Source: Schmidtea polychroa (taxonomy: Eukaryota). From it: a stretch of 64,000 nt of DNA. The translations under genes were made by a program, and so were the position numbers. The notes beneath the pieces are model-generated. The model saw nothing but the letters and a program-made list of their open reading frames with translations, ran no database searches and was not told the origin of the DNA. The stretch is taken from contig CM097885.1 of assembly GCA_044892525.1 (NCBI GenBank), positions 6,946,001-7,010,000 on the forward strand, in the 5' to 3' direction. This document shows, piece after piece, positions 38,969 to 50,598 of the stretch (its first letter is position 1; the number at the start of each line of letters is the position of its first letter).

Positions 38969-41900
38969 AGTCAATAAAATTAGTCCTCATCGGACAAAAT
39001 AACGTCATCGATATCGATGTCATCTTCTTCATTAAATTCTTCCTCATCTTCTCCATCATTTGTCCATCATTTTCTGAAACATCTTCTCCAACATTTTCTG
39101 AAACATTTTCTGCAACAATTTCTCCAACATTTTCTCCAATATTTAATTCACTTAATCTTACATGCCCATATGCAAGACTAGCATTTTTCCCCACCCAAAC
39201 CCTTTTGTCATCTTTGTTAGTTAGTGCTATTTTTGTGTTTTTAATTGTAAAAATTTGATGATTTTTGCTTGTTATTTTAGTCTGAGGAACCGAAAAAATC
39301 TGGTTAGTGTTATAACAATCCAGGTATGACTGATGTTTTATGTCACTACCTTTCAATGTTACACCTTTAGCCTTTTTTGTTTCCTCATCACCCAACAAGC
39401 TATAACATTTAGGTCTAAGAAAAACCCACTCCTTATATTTAAGACCTTTATTCTCGTCTTTGAACTTTCCAATGACAGAATCAAGGTTCTTACTATATAA
39501 GGAATGACAACTATTGTAATTGGAAGTATCCAATAAATTATCTCGAACCATTGCAGGTAAAAGAACCTCAAGTTTGCAGTTAATGACTTCGAGGAAAAAA
39601 GAATCTGTATCACCTGCAACGATATTAATTTTACAATTAAACTCATTGCGAAATGATTCCAGATCCTTATATTGCAATTCATACATTCTAAGTTTAGATA
39701 GATCAAGTACAGATTGACCAATGTAACTCGGTCTATCTAAACATATAGAATCTGAATTCAATAGTGCTGCAATTAAATTATCTGCTATTTTAATAGATTT
39801 TTTAAAAGTCGGTTTTGACGAATATTTAACTAATTTACCGGCAGTTGTACAAAGACGAAGATTCATTCTTCTCTTTAAATTTTCAACTGTTTTGCCGTAT
39901 AAACTATTATTTTGCAATTTATAATAATTTTTATCTAAGTTATTTACGCTTTTTGATCTTAATTCGGTATTTGTATCTATATATTTTTTAAAAATTGGTG
40001 ATTGCTTAAATCTTACACCCTATTTACACGTGTTACTTTAACACCAAGTTCTAAATATAATTTTAATAATCTCCAATGAATAACATAATTAGATTTTGGA
40101 AGATGAGTTAATAATAATTTTTCAACCTTAGACCCAGCAGGTTTCATTTTTTCAGCAGCTACAGGGAAATCATCCAACTTATCATGAAGCTCAGAAGGAA
40201 TTACAAGATCAACTTCAAGTGTGTATCCATAAGACAAAGATTCAAGATTTAAATTCCTACATTCATCCATTATTTTATCAAATCCATCAAGAACCCAACA
40301 AAATTCGCCACAAGGTAATGATTGACTTAAAGCCCACCCATAAAGATTATTAATATCTATATAAAGTAACTCGGTGTTCTCGTCGGTTTTTACGTAATGC
40401 TTATTCACAAAAGTAAGACCGCCTCTTATTCCACCCTCATAAAAGCTAAACATTTCGTTTTCAGTTATGAGTTCAATTGGTTCATTTAAAGACATTAATG
40501 CAGAAGACCAAGACATGCCTGGAATTCCGAAATAATTCAAAGGTTCTAATCTATTGTGAGCAATTGATTTCAACCTAAACTGATGAAAGAAATCAGCCAA
40601 AAGAAAACAATCAAGTTTTAGGTAGATCATCATATAATCTAATAAAGTTCTGCAATTAGATTCTACCCAAATCTCCTGAGCTTTTTCATACTCAAGCTCA
40701 GTGACACCCTCCCAGATTGGTGGTAATTCATACGTAGTTTGTAGAACATCTAAAGAAGTGGCGAAATTATAAGGGAAGATTCCTTTTTCACTTACTATGG
40801 TGCCAGAAAAAGCAGAATTAGTAAAAGGCAAAGAATTCAAAGTTTTGACTGCTTTAGCCAAAGAATCATTGACAAATTGATATGAATCAATGAATCTTAG
40901 GCTAATTTTGCCTATATGAGCAATCAAAGATATAAATTTTTCCGTAGTTATTGGGATGCACCCTAAATTCCAATTTTTAAATTTATTTAATCCATATTTA
41001 AGTATATGATGCATATCGTATCCCTTCAAGTTGTGAAATACGATAGGCAAAATTTTATTTATTTTTCTATTTACGTTACATGTGCTACAAGCTGCACCCA
41101 AGTATTTGCCCGTAAAATGATCGTGATCTCTAACAGGATCCACGATAGATTTCAAACAAAGATAACAAACCGTTGAATTAATGAATTGTTGTTGCTCATT
41201 TTTAGTTAATTTAATCATTGGTTTCCTACCCATTTTATAATAAAAAGGAAGAACCTTATTTAATGCTATATCCTCTATAGCACTTAAAAAACTCTCGACG
41301 CAATCTAAACCTATGAACTGCTGATAAGATTTAGATCCGTCAAAGTTATTTACTAGTAAAAGACCGGCAGATATTGGCATGTGTCGCTGAAAATGATCAT
41401 TATCACAAGGTAAAATAGCCTCAAAATCGGCATAAACTACGAAAGGAGGAGTTACTGTTTTCGACCAGTCAGTAAACTGTAAGAATTTATTTTGAGGGAA
41501 AGTATAAAGAGTAGTTCCTAATTGATTGCGTTTGCATAATATTTCATGTTTTTCTAGTGCGTTTCTATTTTTAAAACCATTTAAACATCGATGACACCAT
41601 ATTGATTGTATGCGTGTAGGACAACTAGTGTTTATGCGGCAATTCAGTAACCTATTTAAATTGCTTATAGCAATGTAATGGAAATTGTTCCCTTTATTTA
41701 ATAAAAGTAAATTAATTACTGTTCCATTTAAAACTTTGGAACGATGTATAATGTCTAAATGGGGGTGTTTTAAAACGTAATTATCTATTAATTGTTTGTT
41801 ATTGTCATAAGAAAAAACATTAATTATTAAACCAGGATTTTTGGCCTCGAATTTTCTAATATCTTTTAATTTCATTGGTAAGTCTAATGGATTATATATT

Positions 41901-43102
41901 AACTCAGATAAATTATAACTAGATGTCCTATTTCTAGCATAACTACTAACCTCATCATATTTTAAAATAGCTAAAATGCTATATAAAAAACATGAATCGT
42001 CGGTGTTTTTTACATTAATTAAGCAATTTTTATTTTTTAGACAAGTAGGTAGTTCAATGAAACTCTTACCACTTAATCTACTTAGCCTACTTATCTTTGT
42101 TATGGTGAAGTGAATTTCAGTTATTTTTTTTATGATCCAGCTACTTCCTAACTCTGTGATATTACTTATTTTCTCGTTTAGTTCCCTAATGCCTTCGTCA
42201 AAAAATGAGGCAGTTAAAGGTTTTGCGTAATTGGAAATATTATTAACCTTTATTTCCCCGTCTTTTTCAAATTCGATTGTTATTCCGAATTGAATTTTGA
42301 CGGAGCCTAATTCGTTAATAATATCTCGTAATTTTATAATTAATTGTTCTGGAAATATTATTTCCTTTATATTCAAGTTACTTGTATTTAGACTTAAAAT
42401 TTGATGTGTACCCCTTAAATCTTTTTGTACTATGGGTACATTACCTCCTATTTGTACATTAGTAGTCGAAGAGTCGAGTGAAAGATTATCAAATTCATTA
42501 TTGGGTTCACCTACATCCCAAGAGTCGAGTGAAAGATTATCAAATTCATTATTGGGTTCACCTACATCCCAAGAGTCGAGTGAAAGATTATCAAATTCAT
42601 TATTGGGTTCACCTACATCCCAAGAGTCGAGTGAAAGATTATCAAATTCATTATAGGATTCATCAACTAATCCGACCTGGGATTCAACAAAAGGCAATCC
42701 ATCATTGGATTCAGCAAAAGACAATCCATCATTGGATTCAACAAAAGACAATCCATCATTGGATTCAGCAAAAGACAATCCATCATTGGATTCATCAACT
42801 AATCCGACCTGGGATTCAACAAATGTATTTAATTTAATTTTTTTATTAGTAGTATTTATTTCAATAGTTGAAGGACGTTTAAAAATAACATCTTTTTTAG
42901 AATTGAACCTATCTAAATGTTGTTTATGCTTATTATAAAAGACGCTATATGTTAAGGGCTCGCTAATCTTACATATGGGGCATATAAAAAAAGTTTTATT
43001 ATAGTATTTTTTAGAATAATAATTCTCCATTATAGAATGGCAATTATTATGTTCTTTCGACGAACAATAATTTGGGTAAAGTATACCTAAAAATATATAC
43101 AT
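38967..43102 (-). CDS. Protein-primed PolB, two ORFs joined by a frameshift at ~40015-40020
   Basis: YADFEA, DHDH.TG, FHNLKGYD, FIDSYQF, KGIFPY, YIDINNLYG, NNSLYGK, GDTDS, RPKCY. True start uncertain; possible splice acceptor at 43087. Confidence 0.93.
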
Positions 43103-43233
43103 TTAAAAATTTGGCTAAAACATTTGATAAAAATAATACTATTAAAATTTTCTTATAATTTTGCATGTATGCATCCAATCAAAATTAATTATTTGCTATA
43201 AATGATAATTTAATGAAATAAATTTAACAAAAA

Positions 43234-43668
43234 ATGTCTACTATAAATAGTATCCTATTAGAAGAAAATAGTACATCAGTTATAGGTATGGTATGTAAAC
43301 CTCCTATTCAATTCCTTCAATATAATATGTACTATTTGAAATATCCTATTACTTATTCGTTCAAGGTAATTTTTTTTATTTAATTATTTAATATTAATTT
43401 GTTATAGGAACCAGTTAATTTAAAAACATGTCAATTCAATATTCAAATTGGAGATATTGGGGAAGAAGATAGAAAAAATCTTGGAGAAATTCTTAAATTA
43501 ATTAATAAAGAAATGATTTTTAATGAAAAATTTACATTTATCAATTGTGAAAAAGGGTGTAAATTAGACGAAGATAAAAAATCAAAAGTTCGAATACTTA
43601 TTCAAGGAGTCAAGATAAATGGAGTTATAATTAAACCAATTTGGAAAATTACAAATGTTTTTGAATAA
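43234..43668 (+). CDS. Spliced 130-aa hypothetical protein (intron 43366-43407)
   Basis: Exons of 132 and 261 nt give an open frame. Intron position is conserved in element B. Confidence 0.8.
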
Positions 43669-43744
43669 ATATTTAAGTGTTATTTTAAATGTTGTTGAAA
43701 AAATTTTAAAGTTAATAAGTATTTAATAAGGGTCAGATTATTAT

Positions 43745-44830
43745 TAAAGAGTACTGCATGCTCACTGCAGACTATTATGTAGCTACGTGCTCACTGTAGA
43801 CTACATTATTATATTAAAGACTACTGCATGCTCACTGCAGACTATTATGTAGCTACGTGCTCACTGTAGACTACATTATTATTATCATTATAAAAAAAAA
43901 TTTGCGAGGGATTTCCCCTTATTTCAAAATAAATATCATTAAAAAATATCATTAATAATAATTTCATTATAAAATATTATTTAAAAATGTTAATAATTTC
44001 ATCATTATATAAAAAATTTTACGAGGGATTTTCCCTTATTTCAAAATAAATATCATTAAAAAATATCATTAATAATAATTTCATTATAAAATATTATTTA
44101 AAAATGTTAATAATTTCATCATTATATAAAAAATTTTACGAGGGATTTCCCCTTATTTCAAAATAAATATCATTAAAAAAATATCATTAATAATAATTTC
44201 ATTATAAAATATTATTTAAAAATGTTAATAATTTCATCATTATATAAAAAAAATTTTTTACGAGGGATTTACCCTTATTTTTACTCTTAAGATAAAATTT
44301 TATTAAAAATATTAATAATCATTTTTAAAAATATTAATAATTTCATTATAAAATATTATTTAAAAATTGATAAAAATACTTACATTTGTCATTTTTCATT
44401 GTTTCATTATTAGCTTTTTTCATTGTTTCATTTTTATCATTTTTCATTGTTGCATTATTAGCTTTTTTCATTGTTGCATTTTTAACATTTTTCATTGTTT
44501 CATTTTTAACATTTTTCATTGTTGCATTTTTAACATTTTTCATTGTTGCATTATTATTCATTTTTGATTTTTATCTAAAAATAATTAAATTTTAATAATT
44601 AAAAAATAAAATTCTTACAATCCTTGGTACTAGCAAATTATGACCAAATTTTAAAAACAAATCATTTATATACTTCTTCTTCTACTTAATACATTACGTA
44701 ATAATTAAAGGATTAAATTGATACCATGCGTAATAATTAAAGGATTAAATAACTTACATAATAATTAAAGGATTAAATAACTTACATAATAATTAAAGGA
44801 TTTAATACCTTACATAATAATTAACTTAAT
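43745..44830. repeat. Internal non-coding tandem arrays (2x~68 bp, ~115 bp x3-4, 24 bp, ~28 bp)
   Basis: TACTGCATGCTCACTGCAGAC..; CGAGGGATTT.CCCTTATTT..; TTTTTCATTGTTGCA; ATAATTAAAGGATT. Confidence 0.9.
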
Positions 44831-44960
44831 TAAAGATTTAGTTTAATAATCAACTAAAATTTAAATTTTAATAATCAATTATATTGAATTAATAATCAAC
44901 TAAAAATTTATTGAAATAATCAGCTAAAATTTATTGAAAACAACTTTTTATTATAAAAAT

Positions 44961-45339
44961 TTATTTCATTGACTTTAACCAAGCCAAACAATGTTGTCCA
45001 CATGTTTTTGTTATAGGATTTTGGTAACGTATTCGATTGTATTCAATTGGCATTGACATTGATTGTAGTTTATTGATTAATATAGGTGGATAATAGAATC
45101 CCATTGGATCAAATGCATATATTTTGTCTGGTTTCACGTATACTGCAAGCCAATGTTCACCATTCAGATTAGCAGATTGAGTATTTACAATTATTGCTTT
45201 GTTGACATCTAAATAAGGTATTTTGTCTAATGGGAAAACACCTAGAAATTCTTTTCCTAGTAATTTTCTTCCGATAACATGTATCTGAATAGAACTAAAT
45301 TAATAATAATTAAATAATTTAAATTAATTCTTACTTCAT
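44961..45339 (-). CDS. Adenain-like protease, spliced (intron 45295-45334), 112 aa
   Basis: ATGAA + 334 nt exon gives MNSIQIH..GEHWLA..FDPMG..YQ..TCGQHC. Missed by the ORF track. Confidence 0.88.
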
Positions 45340-45373
45340 ATTTGATTAATTGATTTTCGATATTTGGTTTATA

Positions 45374-46597
45374 TTATACCAAAACAGTACGAGTAGATGT
45401 AATTTGAATTTCTTTTTCAAAAACTCCATATACGATTACAGAAACAGCTTCAGTAAGTGAAGATGCGAATTTAATATCTAATCGCAAATTTCCACTTTGT
45501 GGTAACTGACTTTGATGAAGATCAAAATCTGGTGCCAATACGAATGTAAAGAATGGATACTTGCTCTTAAAATCAGACATGGTGATACCACAATTCATAT
45601 TTTTATTTAGATAACCCATATTTCTAATAATCGATTGCATATAACTTGTACTATAATCATCTTTCTCAAAATCTTGACTATATTTTTCGCGATAATCACT
45701 TCCTTTACTTAAAGTTATGGACTTGACATTAAAGTGATCAAATAAAGAAAATGATTCTGAAAACGATCCACTAAATCTTTTACTAGATTGAAATGCAACA
45801 AGTATAAAATTAGGTAGTCGTCTATCTCCAAATATTTGTTCTTTATAAAAAGAGGAAGAACCAATAGGTAATGAGAAATCAACAACTTCTTTGCTTCTTA
45901 AAGGATAAATTGCATTTTTGGTAGACAGACCAATTTGATGTCCTGCCAAAACCGATGGTTCAACACGAACTCTTCTAACCATTAATTTTGCGTCTAATAA
46001 TAAAATTTTCGGTTCAATTTTCGCACAAGTTAAACTAAGTGTTGGATTTGATCTTGTTAATTTAATTTGAACACTAACACCTGGTAGTAAATATTTAGGT
46101 TGATCAAAGAAATCAAATTGAAGTGGGGAACATAAAGAAAAGGATTTTGATTTTTCAATCCATGTTTTTCTCGTAAGATCTTTGTTAGTATACCCCATTC
46201 CACCTAAAGATGTTCGTTTAGTATCTCCGTCATAATTTATAAGTGTTTCAATTAATGCTTTGTGGGCAAATCTATCATTTGATCCTTCAACTTTGATTGA
46301 ATTAAAAATTAATTCAACATCTTTAAAAAGAGTTTGGAAGAAGAAATTATTTGGAATTACTTCTGATTCGCCTAAATTCTCACCTAAATTATTAACAACT
46401 TTCAATTGAATATATAACAAAGTATCATTCAAATCTAAATATTCAGTCTGCGATCCATTTATGTAAAATTGAATCGAAGAAGAACCAGCATCTGTAATTG
46501 AATTTCTTGGGTATACATCTTCAAATGCTCCATGTTCAATCACTGCTTGGGGAGAAGGTCTATCAAAAAGACATAATTCTGATTTAGCACTAATCAT
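45374..46597 (-). CDS. Major capsid protein (Polinton PY type)
   Basis: KSELCLF..Q..IE, YLDLNDTLLY, QPKYLLPGV, AIYP, GNLRLDIKF. Confidence 0.92.
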   Translation of the reverse strand: MISAKSELCLFDRPSPQAVIEHGAFEDVYPRNSITDAGSSSIQFYINGSQTEYLDLNDTLLYIQLKVVNNLGENLGESEVIPNNFFFQTLFKDVELIFNSIKVEGSNDRFAHKALIETLINYDGDTKRTSLGGMGYTNKDLTRKTWIEKSKSFSLCSPLQFDFFDQPKYLLPGVSVQIKLTRSNPTLSLTCAKIEPKILLLDAKLMVRRVRVEPSVLAGHQIGLSTKNAIYPLRSKEVVDFSLPIGSSSFYKEQIFGDRRLPNFILVAFQSSKRFSGSFSESFSLFDHFNVKSITLSKGSDYREKYSQDFEKDDYSTSYMQSIIRNMGYLNKNMNCGITMSDFKSKYPFFTFVLAPDFDLHQSQLPQSGNLRLDIKFASSLTEAVSVIVYGVFEKEIQITSTRTVLV

Positions 46598-46992
46598 TTT
46601 TCAAAGATGGTACCATATCCTTTCATTCTTTTGTTTATATGTTTCTTCATAATTTTTCGGCGTTTAAGTATTCCGCCTTTTTGTTCTTTATCATTTTTAA
46701 ATACATCGGATACTTTATTAATTACTTCAGGTAAATGTTGCATCACAGCTGGTAATGATTCTTTAATTTCAGAAATTGCATTTGATTTTAAAGCAGGCAA
46801 GATATTTGCATTGTTATTTATTACATCATTAGCTGTTTTCATACCAAAATTTCCTATTCGTTTAAGAATTGGAAGTGCAAATCTACCTATTGTCTTCAAC
46901 CAACCGGTTCCATATTGTTTACCAACAAAATATGGTAAATCACCACCCGATTGGTTACTACTATAAAAATGTATTATGTCAGGATTACTCAT
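46594..46992 (-). CDS. Putative virion core protein
   Basis: QSGG..QYGTGWLKTIGRFALPILK, basic C-terminus; sits between penton and MCP. Confidence 0.75.
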   Translation of the reverse strand: MSNPDIIHFYSSNQSGGDLPYFVGKQYGTGWLKTIGRFALPILKRIGNFGMKTANDVINNNANILPALKSNAISEIKESLPAVMQHLPEVINKVSDVFKNDKEQKGGILKRRKIMKKHINKRMKGYGTIFEK

Positions 46993-48001
46993 TTATTTTA
47001 CGAAAATGTAATGTCAAGTATGTTTTATCTTCTTTTCCAAATATATATTTTCCACTATCATCTCGTATATTGATTTCTATATTGTTTATATATGAAGACG
47101 ATACAGGTAAGTACATTGGATTCTTTTCAATTATTTGTACTAAATCATCTTTTTTATGTTTTTCCACCCAAATACATTTCAAAAGAGGGACCAATGTATC
47201 ACCAACAATAATTGGTTCGATAATATTTGTATAGATCATCAATTGTTGATTGCGTTGTAATACTTCAGGTTCTTTAAAACCAATAATAAGTTTGTCAGTA
47301 TATGCTTCTTCTAATAAACCTAAACTATTAGCTAAAAATTTACTAAATTGAACTTTACTGACATCATCATCCATTACAATTTTAACGATTTTTCCTTTTT
47401 GAATATCAATAGATTTAAATGGACGAGGATAAAAGAGTGATAGTTGATCATTTATTTGTGAAAGATCTGTAATGATATTTTCTTCGAATGTATCTGTATA
47501 CTCGACATCGTAATAATATTGTATAGTTAATCGAATTGTATCAAACTTTATTTTTCGATTATTTGGAGGAATAGTGATTTGGTTCAAGGTTTTTTTAAAA
47601 GTTATTTCTTTTTCTGAAAATCCCAATTTTTGCGCTTCTTTAATACTATCGAATTCTACTTTAAAAGGAAAATATTTACAATTAATGTTCAATGTATTTC
47701 CATCAATATATATTAAATAAAATGGAGAGTCGTGACTGATTGTATATTCATTTTTTTCTTGGTTAAAGTAAAAGTATTCATAACTTGTATGTAATACACT
47801 TTTACTATATTTGACATTTGAATTACTGTAAAAAGGAAAATAATTATACACAAAGGTAAAGTCCATGAGAGCTACTTCCCATTCACCATCCAAGTAAATA
47901 GGATTTTGAAATTCAACATTAAATTTACCAGCTTCATTATTTGGATGAGTCTGAGGACAACTATTAGAAGGTAAATTCACATAAAAATCTTTTTTAATCA
48001 T
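46985..48001 (-). CDS. Minor capsid protein (penton) paralogue 2
   Basis: FYVNLPSNS..WEVAL..IYTNII..VGDTLVPLL..LHFR. Confidence 0.9.
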   Translation of the reverse strand: MIKKDFYVNLPSNSCPQTHPNNEAGKFNVEFQNPIYLDGEWEVALMDFTFVYNYFPFYSNSNVKYSKSVLHTSYEYFYFNQEKNEYTISHDSPFYLIYIDGNTLNINCKYFPFKVEFDSIKEAQKLGFSEKEITFKKTLNQITIPPNNRKIKFDTIRLTIQYYYDVEYTDTFEENIITDLSQINDQLSLFYPRPFKSIDIQKGKIVKIVMDDDVSKVQFSKFLANSLGLLEEAYTDKLIIGFKEPEVLQRNQQLMIYTNIIEPIIVGDTLVPLLKCIWVEKHKKDDLVQIIEKNPMYLPVSSSYINNIEINIRDDSGKYIFGKEDKTYLTLHFRKINE

Positions 48002-49019
48002 TTATTTTACGAAAATGTAATGTCAAGTGTGTTTTTGTATCTCTACTAAATTTTATTAATTTTCCACTATCATCTCGTATATTGATTTCAATGTTGTTTA
48101 TAGAAGAATTAGAAATTGGTAGATACATTGGATTCTTCATTTCTAGTTGGACAATTTCTCCTTGTTCATATTTTTTTATCCAAATGGATTTCAATAACGG
48201 AACTCTTACGTCTCCAACAGTCAATGGTTCGATAATATTCGAGTAAATAAACATTTGTTGATGATGATTAAATAATTTTGGAATTTTTGTTCCAATAATT
48301 TCTTTCTCTGTAAATGTTTGTTTCTTTAATCCCAATGTTTTTGTTAAATTTTTATCAAAGATTATTGATGAAATGTTATCAGCAAGACTTATTTTAACCA
48401 ATTCATTATTTTGTATTTTTAAATCTTTAAAGGGAGACGGATTAATTGTCATTAACTGACCATGTATTTCAGATAAAGTATTGATGTATAGTTCATCTTC
48501 GAAATAATGTTCAAATTTTGTTTTTTCAACAACACTTATAATTATACCAAATTGATCAATTGTTTTATCTTCTGTAAATTTTGGTAATTTAATTCGCAAA
48601 TGATCACTATCACTAATAACCGATACTGATTTTAATCCAAATTTAATAGCATGTTCAAAATCTGGAAACGTTATTTTAAATGGAACATGTGGACAAACAA
48701 CAACCAAATTCTCATATCTTTCAATGAACATGTCAACTTCAGGAGTATTTTTAGGATTTATTACTTCAAAGGTTCGATTTGAATTATTTATTCTAAAATA
48801 TTTAATTTCTTCATCCATCTTTACTTTTTCATATTGTATCAATGAATTACTGTAATAAGGAAAAGTATTATACACAAAGGTAAAGTCCATGAGAGCTACT
48901 TCCCATTCACCATCCAAGTAAATAGGATTTGGAAATTCGACATTAAATTTACTAGCTTCATTATCGGGGAAAATAAGAGGACAACTATTAGAAGGTAAAA
49001 TAATATAAAAATCTTTCAT
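47994..49019 (-). CDS. Minor capsid protein (penton) paralogue 1
   Basis: Same motifs; middle domain orthologous to 23733-24764. Confidence 0.9.
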   Translation of the reverse strand: MKDFYIILPSNSCPLIFPDNEASKFNVEFPNPIYLDGEWEVALMDFTFVYNTFPYYSNSLIQYEKVKMDEEIKYFRINNSNRTFEVINPKNTPEVDMFIERYENLVVVCPHVPFKITFPDFEHAIKFGLKSVSVISDSDHLRIKLPKFTEDKTIDQFGIIISVVEKTKFEHYFEDELYINTLSEIHGQLMTINPSPFKDLKIQNNELVKISLADNISSIIFDKNLTKTLGLKKQTFTEKEIIGTKIPKLFNHHQQMFIYSNIIEPLTVGDVRVPLLKSIWIKKYEQGEIVQLEMKNPMYLPISNSSINNIEINIRDDSGKLIKFSRDTKTHLTLHFRKIND

Positions 49020-49024
49020 AATAT

Positions 49025-50173
49025 TTATTTAATCAATTGATTTTCGGATATCCAAGATGGAGTTTCATATCCATGCCATTTAACATAGTATTGTTTATAT
49101 TTACCATCTTTTTTGGTTTTTAAAATCTTTTGAATTCTAAATATTGTAGGAGCTGGAATTACTTGGAGTTCTTGTTCATAGAATTTACCAGTGATTGGTT
49201 TGTTTTCATGATCAACTATCACATACATGACAGGATTCTGTTTTGTATCGATTTTAAAAATTTGATATACTTCATCACTCCAATTATTATCAAAGTTTTT
49301 GATGAATGGTGAAGAATTGATTTTACTAATTCTTACATGATCACCAACCTTGTATTTCGGTTTATTGATTTTTTCTGACTTTGTTTGATTTTTAGTAAAA
49401 TCAGCAGGTGTTTGTCCTTTTAATCCTCTGTGTGGTGAATGATTGTAACTGAAAATAATTTTTGGCAAAACATTTATCCAAGTTTTATTACCTTGATATA
49501 CAAAATATTTTTTCAAGCGTTTTCTTAAAGTTCGATTAAATCGTTCTACGTGAGCAGCTTTGAACTGAGAAAATACCGAGTAATGGTTTATTCCTTTGAT
49601 AACCTCTTTAACTTTGCTGTTATAAAATTCTTTACCTAAATCATATATTTAAAAATTAATTAATTAAATTTAATTACCTAAATCCGTTTGTAAATTAATA
49701 GGTTTACCATCTGCAAACATTTCTTTTATCGCATCAGCCATTTCATTTGCAGATTTAGTTTTTGTAGGAACAGCACGAGCATATCTATTAAAAACATCTA
49801 TACAAGTCAGAATATATTTGTACCCCTTGTTAATTTTTGAATAAGGTATCATTTCCATCAAATCCATTTGCCATACATCATTGTTTCCAATTGTTTTGTA
49901 TGGTCTTGTTGGAAAACGTTTCAACATTGGTTTATTTAAACTATATGCTAATTGATTAGATAACCATTTCTGAGTTTCTTTCTTTGAATTATTCACTCGT
50001 TTTGTTAATTTTTCTACGCCACCAAAACCATCTGGATCTTTTGGGTTTGTCCATATGGTTTTTAACTTTTTCTCTATTGTTTTCACTTTTTTCACTTTTG
50101 TTTTCACATTTGTTTTCACTTTTGTTTTCATTTTTTCCACTTTTGTGTTGGTTTTGTGATACGTTTCCTTCAT
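49025..50173 (-). CDS. rve integrase with chromodomain, spliced (intron 49636-49677)
   Basis: WQMDL..QTDLG|KEFYN..HVERFNRTL..YYVKWHGY..SWI. Confidence 0.9.
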
Positions 50174-50243
50174 TATTACAACAAGTTGTCAAAATATTAA
50201 AATCTACAATATTTTTATTTGGTAATGAACTCTTGATACCCAT
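49989..50243 (-). CDS. Small overlapping ORF with MGxxxS start and CC motif
   Basis: MGIKSS..NILTTCCNNEGN; conserved as NILTSCCNNEGN in element B. Confidence 0.45.
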   Translation of the reverse strand: MGIKSSLPNKNIVDFNILTTCCNNEGNVSQNQHKSGKNENKSENKCENKSEKSENNREKVKNHMDKPKRSRWFWWRRKINKTSE

Positions 50244-50569
50244 TAAGAACTTAATGATGAGATTGCACTAATTGCAGATAAGACTATAGGAATTAATGCA
50301 CCCAAGAACCCTCCTTTTTGTTTATATATTATCTTTCTCATTAGACGACGATTTTTTGTATCAACTAGAGATAAAAGTGATCTTTTATGTCTTTGCAATA
50401 CTAATCTTTTAGCTTTAGTTATATTTACATTACCGCGGACAACATTTATAATAACTTAAAGTAAATCATCAATAACAAATGATGGAAAAGACTGTAAAAT
50501 TGATATTCGTTTCGAATTTGGTGCCTTTATTAAAGCATTAAAATATGGTAAACTCCGTTCAAATTTCAT
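50243..50569 (-). pseudogene. Basic protein with pX-like C-terminus and one in-frame stop (50456-50458)
   Basis: MKFERS..DDLL*VIINVVRGNV..KQKGGFLGALIPIVL. Confidence 0.75.
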
Positions 50570-50598
50570 TATTATTATTAATTTACGCGACGGATTGT

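Noticed and set aside
39977..40016. 40-nt GTAAG..TAG intron explaining the PolB frameshift
   Set aside because: Wrong phase, removes conserved FKQSP..YI residues, and the AG is absent in the 35860 copy.
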